64,000 bases of DNA, from contig CM119271.1 in assembly GCA_051294375.1 (NCBI GenBank), positions 4,403,910-4,467,909 on the forward strand. The letters are read 5' to 3'. Source of the stretch: Paraspadella gotoi. Its lineage: Eukaryota > Animalia > Chaetognatha. The position numbers were made by a program, and so were the translations under genes. Below the pieces are notes generated by a model, which saw only the letters and a list, made by a program, of their open reading frames with translations, was not told where the DNA came from and searched no databases. Shown in pieces: positions 12,702 to 24,825 of this stretch; within the stretch, counting starts at the first letter, position 1, and each line of letters begins with the position of its first letter.

Positions 12702-12990
12702 TTTTTTAGTTGCACCGCGAGTGACTTTTGGTCTGTCTGTTCTATAGTTGGTGCTCTTTGTTACGAGAAAAAAACAACATTCAATCTAAGGGACTGCCAG
12801 CGCCGCTTCAGGAAATCTAAAACTGTAAAGGAACAAAAGCTAAGATTAGTGCATGTCATAAACACAAGGGCTAAGAAAGTTTTTTACTCATGTCATGTTA
12901 TGTCATATCATGCGATCAAATGGGGAAAAAAAAATACACGTGAAAATAAAGTCGCTCCGGCGCAACACATTGGAATCACCGTTCTTGTTT
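12702..12990 (+). mobile_element. Internally deleted HINE/DINE-1-like (Helentron-associated) element
   Basis: Starts tttttagt.gc and has ggtctgtctgt. The body (aatctaag.gactg..agcgccgc.tcaggaaat...gggctaagaaag...cggcgcaacacattgg...tcttgttt) matches 25277-25410 and 40152-40297. Confidence 0.65.
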
Positions 12991-13602
12991 AACCCGTCTT
13001 TCTTTTCATGATTCCTCGAGTTCATCGAACTTCGCCGCTGAGTTTTTCCTTTTTTTTCTTTCTCACCCAAATTCTCCCCCCTCCTCTCCCCCCCCGCCGC
13101 GCCGTTGATCGGGTGAGGTCAGTCACCGATTTAAAGGTCGCTCACCTTCCTTCGCCAATCGCGAATGGGCCGGCGCCTTCCGATGCCAATTTAGCGCGTC
13201 GCCCCATCGTTTTTCGGTCTCTTCTCGCGCCCTCTCGATGCATCCTAGTCGTTGACGCCTTTCGATTCGCGATTTAACGACGCCGGTGGTGCCTCTGTCC
13301 GGCGCTCTTTCGTTTCCCGCGCTCTCTCACATTCGGCAATATTTATATCCGGCGGTCGACACGTTTCAACTCGCAATATCAAAGAGTGTAATTACGAAAT
13401 CCCAAAAGTGAAAGACACTTGGTTTTTTTTTTAAGGGAAAGAGAACATATTCTTAAAGTTGACTTTAACTTGTGACTAACGTTTCGTTAGTTTGTCTAGA
13501 TTCAGAAATAATGTAATAAAAAAAGCTGTAATTAAGAGAGTCATTGACAGTAGCAATTATCGATTGTGGCTCTCTTGCCAGTAAAATGGCTATTCACAGT
13601 CA

Positions 13603-13730
13603 CAGGGCTGCCAAGAGCGCCAGTAACGCCGGCAGGCGTCATTAAATTTCAACGGGCCGCCTTTTACGCCAACAGGCGCCATTAATGGCCGACAGGCGCC
13701 ATTAACGGAGCGCCGTCTTGGAGACAGCGG
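13603..13730. mobile_element. Possible small TIR element (CAGGG start, hAT-like)
   Basis: Left end gctgccaagagcgcc; right end reverse complement gctgtctccaagacggcgc. Three internal caggcg(c/t)cattaa repeats. No TSD identified. Confidence 0.35.
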
Positions 13731-14239
13731 CACCAGCGAAACGGTTTCGCGAAAATCGTTCGAACTCTGATCGTTTCTCGCACGGACGCACGGACGCACG
13801 GACAAAGGAGGAAGTTTTCCTCGACTCGAAAAATCGGTATTCAATCAAAGGTTGAAGATGATGTGGGTTTTCGAGGTGGTCGAAGGGTGGGGAGCGGGTG
13901 GAGCTTGGGGCGAAGGTGAGGCAGATTTTAGAAGTATTGAGAGTAGAGGTGAAGAGAAGAAAGTGTTGACAAAATAAAGAGTGCTCGCTGGACACGAATT
14001 AGTGAAAGTAGAAACGGTGTAGAATTGTAGATGGGCGGGTCGATGACCTTGTAAGTAAAGTTGTAACTGTTGTCGCGGAAACATCGGAACTAAATGTAGG
14101 GAGAAATTACAGATTTCTAAGTTAATAATGCTAATTTTCTTTTGGGATCGAACTGAAGACTTTCGCACTGAAAAAATTTGAAAATATATTAGTTACTAAT
14201 TCTAATTACTGAAAAGAAACTATTCGAGCGAGAAAATAT

Positions 14240-14567
14240 ATTCGTTTCAACAACGTAGTGATTCTTCATCAAAGAGGGACGCGGAATTAAGGAGCTGGGA
14301 ACCGAGATTCCAATCGGGCTCACGGATATTGCACCGGCAGTTTTTGCCATCTCGTTTAGGGTAATCAAGCAAGAGGCGGGGGGGGGAGGACTCGTTTCCG
14401 GACACAATCGGACGCCGGAGTGGATGCTCTTTTTTTTTTTTTTTTGGATGGCCGTTTACCCTGGTAAAGGACTAAAAGGGTAAGCTGCTTGGCCGATTGT
14501 ATCAATCGAAAAGGAAGTTCGTTGATTCGGTCATTTGTGGACATAATAGGTGAGAGAGAGAGAGAGA

Positions 14568-14620
<53 letters not shown>

Positions 14621-14735
14621 GAGAGAAATAAACTCCAAAATAAACTTTTTTTTTTTGCAGAATCTCTGAACTCCCACAAAAAAGGCTGGCTTGGAGACGA
14701 TTGCGCTTCTCGCTGTCGTCCTCATAATCATTGTT

Positions 14736-14804
<69 letters not shown>

Positions 14805-15005
14805 AAGAGAGGAGAGAGAGAGAGAGAATAATCATTGATGTGATGTTCTCCCCCTTCGACGAGAATATAACAGTCGGGCGGTGGGGAGCGGGTCGGTCGC
14901 TGTCCGAGAATCTCCGGCAAATCCGGCGGAAAAAAAGATTAAATGGGCCGGAAACGCGTTTTTTATCGTCGCCGGTTTTGAAATCAATGACGCGACTCGA
15001 CATCG
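14240..15005 (-). CDS. Cluster of candidate minus-strand exons separated by (AG)n tracts, unknown product
   Basis: Non-repetitive open frames DYEDDSEKRNRLQASLF (~14660-14730), SIDTIGQAAYPFSPLPG ending at a gtaaac donor (~14460), and LDYPKRDGKNCRCNIREPDWNLGSQLLNSASLFDEESLR (~14253-14370). Confidence 0.3.
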
Positions 15006-15016
15006 TTGCGTCAGGC

Positions 15017-15110
15017 GAACAAGGGATGCCGACAAGGGATACCGACAAGAGATGGGGACAGGGGAATGCCGACAAGGGTTGCCGACAAGGGATGCGACAA
15101 GGGATTTGAC
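15017..15110. repeat. Degenerate 13-bp minisatellite (gacaagggatgcc), ~7 units
   Basis: aacaagggatgccgacaagggataccgacaagagat...gccgacaagggttgccgacaagggatgcgacaagggat. Confidence 0.8.
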
Positions 15111-15484
15111 AATTTGAATGTCAGATGATAACGACGGATAATGGGAATAGATGATTTCTGTAGATTATTGGCTCAGGCGACGTCGGCAGATGATGGACAG
15201 GAGATAGGACGGCCGATGCTATAGATGATGACTACAGATGATGAACGACAGTCGACCGATAATAAGGAGAGACAAAGAGTTGGCGACGGATTTAGATCGA
15301 GAGATATTTGGGTTGAGACAGGCGACAGGCGTTAGGCGTCAGGCGTCAGGGCTTAGAATTTTCTCTTCTAAATCTGGACGAGTGTAGGAATGAAGATGTT
15401 TGCTATTTCGACAACGACAACACCGACATACGACAACAACGACGACCACAGCACTGTTGAGATGTTGATAACGAGAGAGAGAGG

Positions 15485-15530
<46 letters not shown>

Positions 15531-16188
15531 TCCTGAAGCGTCACGCGATTAGATGTCAAAGGGAAGAAAAAATTGAGAAAACAAATAAAAAAAATGTGAA
15601 TGCGATGGACGAGCCTTTTGTTGACGTCGTTGTTTGGTCGGTCGTGTTGTGTCGTTGTGAGTTGTTGTTATCGCTTTGTGAGTTAGTCTTTGATGTAAAC
15701 ATGCTGTCTTGGCGAGGAATATATGACCTTTTTCGTTTGTTATTTTGTACGTCATAAAACTTAACATTCTACGGAACAAATCAAATTTACTAAACTTAAG
15801 AGAGAATATTGTCACTGAAACATCCTTTTTTTCTCTCTCAGCGATGAATATTCAAAAGCATTCCCGCGCTTCGCTTCAAAGCGCTCGCGCTTTTTTATAT
15901 TTCCTTGTCATAACTTAATATATTAGTTATTCTATTAAATTGTATTCAATTATTGATTTACATTTTTAAAAACTCGCTGTACGTCCTCGCCATACGGCAG
16001 TTCTCACAATAGAATCACAGCGCCACCTTCAGACCAAATTTGGGTCTCATAAAATCGCAGCACTCTGCAGCTATCGACATTAAAAAGGCTTTTTTAAAGA
16101 AGTGAGAATAAGACGAGAGGAGAAAAGGAGAGAGAAGCCCGTTCCTCTTTAAAGAAAGAAAAAAGACTGAGGGGTGGATTTAATAAAG

Positions 16189-16225
<37 letters not shown>

Positions 16226-16959
16226 AGAGAGAGAGACGAGAGACGAGAGAGAGAGAGAGAGAGGCGGGAGACGCGGAGGGGGAGGAATCCCGCGATTTGA
16301 AATTTTAATCGACAAAATTTCAAATTCCTTTTTTGTTTAAAGAAACAATGAAGAAGAACGAAGTGGAAAACGAATGAGGGTGGGGAAAGGAGAGGAGAGA
16401 GGGAGGGAGGGAGGGATGAAGAGACGGAGGGATGGAGGGATGGGNNNNNNNNNNNNNNNNNNNNNNNNNNNNNNNNNNNNNNNNNNNNNNNNNNNNNNNN
16501 NNNNNNNNNNNNNNNNNNNNNNNNNNNNNNNNNNNNNNNNNNNNNNNNNNNNNNNNNNNNNNNNNNNNNNNNNNNNNNNNNNNNNNNNNNNNNNNNNNNN
16601 NNNNNNNNNNNNNNNNNNNNNNNNNNNNNNNNNNNNNNNNNNNNNNNNNNNNNNNNNNNNNNNNNNAAAGGAAGGAAGGAACATAAAACATGCCTGGAAG
16701 TATAAGAGAAGGAGAGAGAAAGAAGAAAACAGAATGTGAAGAAGGGAAGGGGAATAGAAGAAACAAGGAGAAAAATAAATTATATAATACTTAATGGAGT
16801 GGATCTTGCATACAATTGAAACAGTTTTTGTAATATTATACCACTTCATTGATAGAGAAATAAAAGTAAGAGAGGTAAAATAAAGGAAGATAAAACTAAA
16901 AAGTTAAAAGAGAAGGGTCCCGCCTTAGCACACCATAGCCTGTCCTGAGTCAGCGGTAA

Positions 16960-16986
16960 GATAGATAGATAGAAAGATAGATAAAG

Positions 16987-17073
<87 letters not shown>
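16960..17073. repeat. (GATA)n microsatellite (also 31827-31944; garbled at 26575-26695)
   Basis: Long agatagat run visible directly. Confidence 0.97.
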
Positions 17074-17074
<1 letters not shown>

Positions 17075-17320
17075 TTGATAAATGAACTGATGATTTTTAT
17101 TTTGTTTGTACAAATTTCATTAGATGAAAAAAGTACAAGAGAGCCTGAATGAAATTGATGGGAAAGTGTGATGTCGAAGTGAAAATGGTGGAGGAAAAAG
17201 AAAAAAAAGAAAAAGAAAAAAAATGGCGGATGAGATTTTAAATTATTCTTATTATTTTCTACACTAAAGTCGGTGAATAACGTCGTTAATCGATAATTAA
17301 ATCAAGATAAATTTACTTAG

Positions 17321-17684
17321 ACTTCGTTTTTGTATCAGTAATCTTGTTGTAGATTCAGTTTCTCCCCGCTACTTTTTTTATCTTTCACTCTATCGACATT
17401 CTACAATCTACAGACTATCTTAGAAATTATATTGAATTAAATGAAAAATACACTAATCGGTGAAGCTATTATATTTATTCTCCTGTAAATGAAGTTTTAT
17501 CCTCGAAGAGCAGTTCATACTTGAGCATTTGTTAAGAAGCCATCAGTGGGAGGGATGACAAGCTGCTTACCGGGTCCAATGCTTACGTCTATCGCCGTAA
17601 AACGAAGACAGAGTTAAGAGCCTTTTACCAACGGTAAGCCCTTCCTTTCTTCGCTGCGTGAGCTCAACTGATTATGGCGAATGA

Positions 17685-17775
<91 letters not shown>

Positions 17776-20396
17776 GGTCGCAATACGTCTCGAGTTCATA
17801 CACGCGTGGAGAAAAGAAAGAGGAAAGGAAATAAATTAATAAAAGATAGGAAGACAAAAAGAAAAAGAGAAGTAAGAAAAGAACAAAGAAAAAAAAGAAA
17901 AGAAAAGAAGAAAAAATATTAGATTAATTGTTTTGGACTCCAACGGAGAAGACGATGATCGAGATAATTTGTTGCATCGCGTGACGAGGTTCATAGCTAA
18001 TTCTTTCTCCTTGTGAATTGTGATTAGTTATTATTACGATTAGCAATGTTTTAACTTTTTTTTGTTAGACTCCACTCCAGAAATCTCTGCCAAATCGGTC
18101 AGAAAATCTAAGACACAATGAAAAATAACGTGGCGTTACTGTCTCGTGCTGATTTTGTCCCTTTAAAATGTTTCTGAGCCAAATTAATTGATTATTACTT
18201 TTGGTAATATGTGCGATATACACTACTGGACATTACTGTGTCTGACCAAAACCCTTGACCATCAACAAAAAGCTAACTAGATCAAAAATAGTAAAAAATA
18301 TGAAGCAATATAGTCGAAACGCTTACAAAATTTTAGACCATTGCTTTTATAAATGCAAAAAAAATATTAATATTATTTAAACAAAACTTTAACAATAAAC
18401 TTAATAGTTAACCGAGACCAAGATGAATATTTTTCCCATCATTTCCTCAATTTATATGAATCATATGTTTGTAATTAGTCAATTAATCTAAATAACAATA
18501 TGACAAATTCATTTTCAATTTTTTTATGAATGGGAAGTTTTCTCTGGCTTACTCCCCTTGTGTCTAATGATTTAATATTTTAGAGGTATTTCCAAAAACC
18601 TTATATAATTACTATATTTTTCACTTTTTTTCAATTCTATCAAACAAAAACAACATCATAAAAACATTTTAAATTAATAAAAAATATTGATTGAATGATT
18701 TTGGAAAAAAATATTTTTAAACTTGAGAATAATGGATTTCGAGTTAAGATAAAAATTTTGCAATTCTAAAAATTATCTAAATTATCTAATGCAAATCTAA
18801 AATTCTAGCCTTTTAATTTTTTCTAGAGGCTGATTTGATTTTTTGATATTTGATTTTCTATGCAAAAACCATTATTCTCAAGGAGCATAGGTCGGAGGAA
18901 ATTTTTTTCCAGCAATTTGAAAAAATTTCAACTTTTTTAATTAGGCTTTTTTTGGGGAAATAAATTAAATCAATTATTATACGATGGGTACATCTGAAAG
19001 TGTATGTCTCTAAATGACAAAAAATTTTCTTCAAGTTTTTTTTTAAATTTAGTATTGTATCAATAGAAATAAGTGAGGTACTCCCGCTTTGCCAAAATTT
19101 TTATTTAACAAAAGATTTGTACTGCGTATTTTAAAAAAAATTATTTTTTTAAATAACTTTTTGAAAGAAAGGAGCTAACAAGATGGGTGTGGTAATCAAA
19201 TTAAAGCCCTAATCATGGGACACCTTTCTAAAAGAGTTTTTATTAAATTAAATCATAAATCTTTACACAGATTTTGTTTAAATCAGAGTTAAAAGTATAA
19301 CAGTATTTTGCTTTAAAAATTCAATAAAGCATATGAATTTTTTTATTTTTCTTTTGTAATTTGAAAAAGGAAAGACTTGAATACATTTTGATTATTAATT
19401 AAATTTCTTTATTCCATAAAACTACTTATATTTTTTAAGTTAAAGTAAAAAACAAGCAAAAATTTATGTTTTAGCTTAGTAAAATGTCTTTTTAATATCA
19501 AAAATGATAAATACAAAAATGTTTTCAGCTTGATATAAAACAGTCTGGACATCTACCTTCTTGTCTTGTGAAAAAAAAATATGGAATTTTTTCATTATCT
19601 TTAACTGCAAACTAAAAGCTTGACACACTGCTTGTTTATCATAATAAAGTTTTTAAAAAATTATATAACTGGCAATATATTTGACAAAGCAAGACATCAT
19701 TGTGTTAAATTGTATTGAATAATTTTCTTTTAAATATAGCAAGGAATTTAATTCTATTATTTATCATCCATTTTAATTAAGAAAAAATATTTCTCATAAT
19801 AGCCCATTAGAAAGGGTTCATTGACTGACTTAATGATTGAATTTTTTAGATATCTTTACTGCCCCATCACAAAGATATAAAAGGTCATGGTTATCATGCA
19901 GTAAGTCCAGATTATCTGTACCCTTTATACAACCTGCATTCTGAATTTTCTTTTTTTCCCTTTCAAATGTATTAAATAAAAAAAATTATTTGAGAGAACA
20001 ATCGCTGGAGGATGCCATTGGTAAGCCTTAGTTACTCTACTTCCCGAATCGAATTTTTAAATGAGGTTTTTTTTCCATCTATTTGAGACATAACACTAAC
20101 TATTGGTACTATTATTTTTTTTTTATTTTTTTCTATTACATCTAGAATAAATATGAATAAATAACTTTTTAAAAAAATTTATTATCTTTCACACCTATAT
20201 TCGTCATATCTAAAAAACAAAAAAAGATTTTGCATTGATATTTTGGATATCGACTATAACGTTTCGAAAAAATAAAAAGAAATATAATAATATTGAACAT
20301 GTGATTTTTTTATGCACGGAACAGTAACGTTACGGGCCATTTTTTCATTGTGTCCTAACAAAATTTCAAATGGAGAAAACTCGCACCCTCTTTAAA
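17321..20396 (+). CDS. Spliced host gene segment with protein-kinase-fold-like spacing (probable pseudokinase); exons ~17321-17459, 17495-17633, 17923-17988, 18069-18097, 19850-20020, 20325-20396
   Basis: GT-AG junctions with compatible phases join into LRFCISNLVVDSVSPRYFFIFHSIDILQSTDYLRNYTELNEKYTNR/FILEEQFILEHLLRSHQWEDDKLLTGSNAYVYRRKTKTELRAFYQR/LIVLDSNGEDDDRDNLLHRVTR/LHSRNLCQI/DIFTAPSQ...FWNFLFSLSNVLNKKNYLREQSRGGCH/CNVTGHF...TLFK. This is a consensus of three copies with a few single-base indels corrected. The kinase label is inference from motif spacing. Confidence 0.6.
17688..17774. repeat. (AG)n microsatellite, representative of dozens of AG/CT tracts in the window
   Basis: Uninterrupted gagaga run inside a predicted intron. 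Confidence 0.98.
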
Positions 20397-20540
20397 GTTT
20401 ATAGACAAAAAAAGCCAATATAATACTGAACAGAATCCGAAAACAATATAAGAAACGAACAGGAAAAAAAAAAGGAAAGATTCACTAAAACTTCGTCTTG
20501 TCTTGACGCCGAATCGAATGGAGGAGAGAGGAGAGAGAGA

Positions 20541-20583
<43 letters not shown>

Positions 20584-21132
20584 GAGAGAAGTGAGAGAGA
20601 TGAGAGCAGAGAGAGAGACGAGAGAGAGAGGGAGGGAGATACGACGAAAACACGTAGCACAACGCAGACTTCATCTGTCTTTATTTTTGTATTTTTTATT
20701 GCGCTACCTTCGCTCTATTTTTCCCCACTTGGTTCATCATCAACGATCTTTAACACTCATTGACTTTATTATTTATTATTTTTCCACTGACATTTTAATG
20801 TGCCGCTTTCCTTTCCCGTAATATCTCTCTCTCTTCTCTTTCTCTCTCTTCTTCTCTCTGTCTCTCTCTCTCTCTCTCTCCTCCCTCCCTCTCTCCCTCC
20901 CTCCTCTCTCTCCCCTTCCCTTGCCGTCTTCATTTTTCTCCGCTTTGTCCTGCCATTCCGTCGTCATTGTTTCTTCCATTTTTCTTGTTGCTTCCGCCGC
21001 CTCCAAGCGGCGTTGATGCAGGACTTCCTTCCTCGGGAGCAAGAGAAACCTCGGTCGTTGCATTCATTGTTATATAGGGAGAAGAAAATGTTTTTTTTAT
21101 TTTTTGTTTATTTTAAAACAATGTTAAAACAG

Positions 21133-21538
21133 ACGAAAGCCTCTAAACAACAACAGTACCTTCATCGATCAAAATCCGAAAATGACCGTCCAAGGACGAC
21201 GACGACGACGACGACGACGACAACAACCAAGACGACATCCGATAAACGATAGACCAACGAGCCAAAAGGTCTTTGTCTCTTTTTCTTGCAGTTTTTAGCT
21301 CCGACGTCGCAATGGACGAAGCGACGATGAACGAGACGCCATTTCCGCGAGACGACGGCAGAAGAGCAGGTGGCAATGAGCAGCGTGGCAATTAGCAGGT
21401 GGTAATTGGTACTCGTGATTCGGAGAAGGACGACCGGGACAGCAGGACAGATGGCGGCTGGACATTGCAGACTGCAGAGACCCATATGGAAACTGTTCGT
21501 GAACTGGATGCTTACGGCTGCAAACAAAATATTTATAA
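21133..21538 (+). CDS. Two further candidate exons (Thr-rich, then Gly/acidic) split by a ~30-nt intron at 21269-21298
   Basis: Acceptor aaacag|; intron gtctttgtctctttttcttgcagtttttag; frame ...RDSEKDDRDSRTDGGWTLQTAETHMETVRELDAYGCKQNIY ending at |gtaatt. Confidence 0.45.
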
Positions 21539-21599
21539 GTAATTATGCTTTTGAAGAAACGATGAGAGAGAGGATGAGAGAGAGAGAAGAGAGAAGAAG

Positions 21600-21664
<65 letters not shown>

Positions 21665-22272
21665 TTTACAAAACGCAGAAAAGATAAAAATTCTAAGGAC
21701 TAAAAACTTGAAAAAAAAACCTCAAAACTCAAATGAGGAAAAAAGTTTGTTTTTTCGTGAAGAAGAAAAAAAAACAAATCGTGAAAAGAAACGAAGCGAA
21801 AAACAGGAGAAACAAACCGATGGTAAAAAATGTTCTGGCGTCGCTTCTCTCCGGTGTTTGTTTGCGAATTTGTGGTTTGTAAGATGTTTTCGTATGTTTG
21901 ACGTTCGTTTGTTTCTTATGTCTGTTTGTTCGTTGATTTCTAAAGGTTTTTTTTTCTTCTTCGTTTGACGGTTTTCATTTATTTAACGAGTTCAGTCACA
22001 TCTTGAGCAGAAAGGGAAAGAGAGGGAAGGACAGACGGATGGACTGACAGAGGGAGAGACGGACCGATAGAGAAAAGAGAGAAAGGAGAGACAAGCAGTC
22101 GGTCTCGAAGAAAAAAAAAAATGGTGAACGGAAAAAAAAAATTTTTTGAAGAAAAAGAGAAAATAAACCAAGAAAGAAAAAAGGAGAAAAAGAAAGAAAA
22201 AAAAGTTTAAAGAGGAAGGGGATCTCTCTCGTCGTTGTTATCGTCGTCATCGTCATTTCGTCTTCAGTTTAC

Positions 22273-22531
22273 CTCGTTATCGTTTCCCCCAATTTTTGCG
22301 TCTTCGTCGTCAAGGCGACGTTATCCACACAATCGATCGCGTATACGTCTGTCTCGTCGTCGGTCTTCATCGTCGTCTTGTCGTCGTCATTTTTGTCACA
22401 TGATTTTGTCGTCGTCATTTTTGTCACATGATTTTGTCGTCGTCTTCTTCTATATCAACGTAATCGACTCCAATATCTTCGATACAATAATCGTCAGCTT
22501 CTTTGCCTTCATATTTTCCGCTCGTGAACGA
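22273..22531 (-). CDS. Candidate acidic exon of a convergent minus-strand gene (also ~37088-37352)
   Basis: Minus-strand acceptor ctttctctctaattag| followed by SFTSGKYEGKEADDYCIEDIGVDYVDIEEDDDK. Further exon-like blocks lie at ~22700-23057. Confidence 0.4.
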
Positions 22532-23390
22532 CTAATTAGAGAGAAAGAAGATATACAAATAAATGAACAACACGAAAACTGAAACCTAAAAACGTATATA
22601 TATTCCCCGATCTAAAACTTAAATACTTATACAATTTAAACATTCTTGAGTTTGAAACTTTTATACCACTTCCATTGATAGGAGCCAGTTACTACTTAAA
22701 CCACCAAAGCCTCTCCAAAGTCGGGCAAGATAGCTTATTTATTAAATGAATAATTTGTATATTGGTTGTACCAATTTCATAACAAGGAGCTTCAGATGAA
22801 GCTTAAAACGAATATGTGAAGAACGACAGTAACCAACTGTCGCCGGCGACAAAAAAAAAAAACCTTGTGCCTTCTGCTTTTAATCATTGACTCGGATCGA
22901 TATCTGGACAATGAGGGAAATGGAGTCGAGTTCATTAACATCGAACTCTTTCAACGGCGTCGGGAAATTCATCATCAAAGACAATCGCTATGATCCGTTT
23001 TGTCCAGAGTACGAAAAACGCGCCTCGATGACTTCCGGAAACAATCACTTGATTAAACTGTAAAATGAACAAAGAATGTTTAATTTTTTTTCTCTAAAAA
23101 TAGTTCAATTCCAATTCGACATTAATAATAATAATTAATAGTTAATAATAATAAACACGATTTGACATTAAGATACACGCATATACAAATGTACATGCGG
23201 ACGAATGCGTTATCAAAACTAGACCGGAAATAAATCTAACAAGAAAAAAATTCAAGAAAAATAATACCTCCGGGTTGCATCGAAAACGACAAAATGTATA
23301 AATTTGGAAAAAAACATAAAATTTTTACTTAAATTTTACTTAAATAGCAAAACCCTCAGAAAGGAAAATGTTACAAAACCCTTTTTGGAT

Positions 23391-23562
23391 AATTTTACTT
23401 TCGCCGACACGAGTTAGGGAGGGGTTAGGGTTAGGATGGGTTAGGGTTAATGGGTTTAGGGTTAGGGTAATTAGGTAATATTTTTTTAATTTTTTTTAAA
23501 ACAAGTATTTTTTAAATGGTTTTTCAAAATACCCCAAAACCGCGGTCGGCGAAAGTAAAATT
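23391..23562. mobile_element. MITE with perfect 18-bp TIR and internal TTAGGG-like repeats
   Basis: aattttactttcgccgac ... gtcggcgaaagtaaaatt, with an internal ggttagggttagg run. Confidence 0.85.
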
Positions 23563-23833
23563 TAGCCACTTTGGGATCTGACTTTGGTGAATTTTTGTAG
23601 AGAAAAATATCGAGTTGTTTTCGGTTTAAAAGATAAGACATGTCATGATCGAAATCATTCAAAAAGAGGAAGGTAAAAAACAAAACAATGGTAAGTAAGA
23701 AATAACGGAAAACGCTTAAACAATAAAAAGGTAAGGTTGATTTAAGGTCAGAACCTGACCTTGGTTAAAATTACAGTTTCCTTGTCGTGCTTGTTGTCGT
23801 TGTTGTTGTTGTTGTCGCCGGCACCACTGGCTT

Positions 23834-24017
23834 AATTTTACTTTCGCCGACCGGTATTAGGGGCGGTTTAGGATTAAAGGTGGTTTAGGGGTGGTTATAG
23901 GTTAGGGTTAAGAGGGTTTAGGGTTAGTGGTAATTAAGTAATAATTTTTTTTTAAATAAATATTTTTAGTGGTTTTTTTCAAAAGACGCCAAAACCCCGG
24001 TAGGCGAAAGTAAAATT
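23834..24017. mobile_element. Second, diverged member of the TTAGGG-containing MITE family
   Basis: aattttactttcgccgaccgg ... ccggtaggcgaaagtaaaatt, with an internal ggttagggttaagagggtttagggtt. Confidence 0.85.
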
Positions 24018-24756
24018 TTCCCATTTTTTATTAAATGTATTTACTAACATTGACATTTTTAAATTATTTTATGTATCAAAATTAATATTTTTAAAACGCC
24101 AGCAATTATAATTTAAAATGAAAAAAAAAACGCACGAATTCAAAAGTTATTTTAATATGACGTGTCGTCTATTAGTTTCCAACCGTAAATAATCGAGTAC
24201 AGATCCTGAATCGTTCGCTCTTTTTTTCCTCTTTTTCAACTTTTCTTCTTTTTTCGTCTCTTTTTTTTTATTTCTTTTTTCCTCTTTCATCATCTTCCTT
24301 CCGAGTTCCGACTGTCACTCTCTTTATTGTCCCGATTCGCTCTCTTGGCCTCGCACACTCTCCTCCCTCACCCCCTCACCACCCCATCCTCTCCAACCCC
24401 CCCCCCCCCCAGCACCTCCCCCCACTCCAACCCTCCCAGCCCCCGTTATTACCTTCCGTTCGTGCAAACGTCATATTCTCTGCCAAGCGCCTTGCATATA
24501 TTTCATCAAACACCTTCTCTACTCACATTTTCTGCTTAATATTAACAAAATGAGACTCCCCCACTCTTGTTTTGCGCGGGTTTCTTGAATTTTCCTTCTC
24601 ACTTTTCCTCACTTTTTTCTAACTCGCGCAAATCCTCGAGCACCCAGGGCGTCCGAACGGAAACAAGGAAAAGCGATAAATCTTCTCCTGGCTTCTCGTA
24701 TCTTTTCTCGCGTTTTCGTGTCCTCGTTTTCCTGTTTTGTTTTTATCTTTATCCTT

Positions 24757-24794
<38 letters not shown>

Positions 24795-24825
24795 TCGTCT
24801 TCTTACTCGTCTTCATCAGTTTTGA

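Noticed and set aside
15017-15110. CRISPR-like array
   Set aside because: The units are 13 bp and head-to-tail with no unique spacers, there are no cas genes, and the context is eukaryotic.
18230-19630. AT-rich intronic DNA transposon
   Set aside because: The composition is suggestive, but I could not define convincing TIRs or a TSD.
23425-23466. True telomere or chromosome-fusion relic
   Set aside because: The repeats are short, degenerate and enclosed by TIRs, so they belong to a dispersed element.
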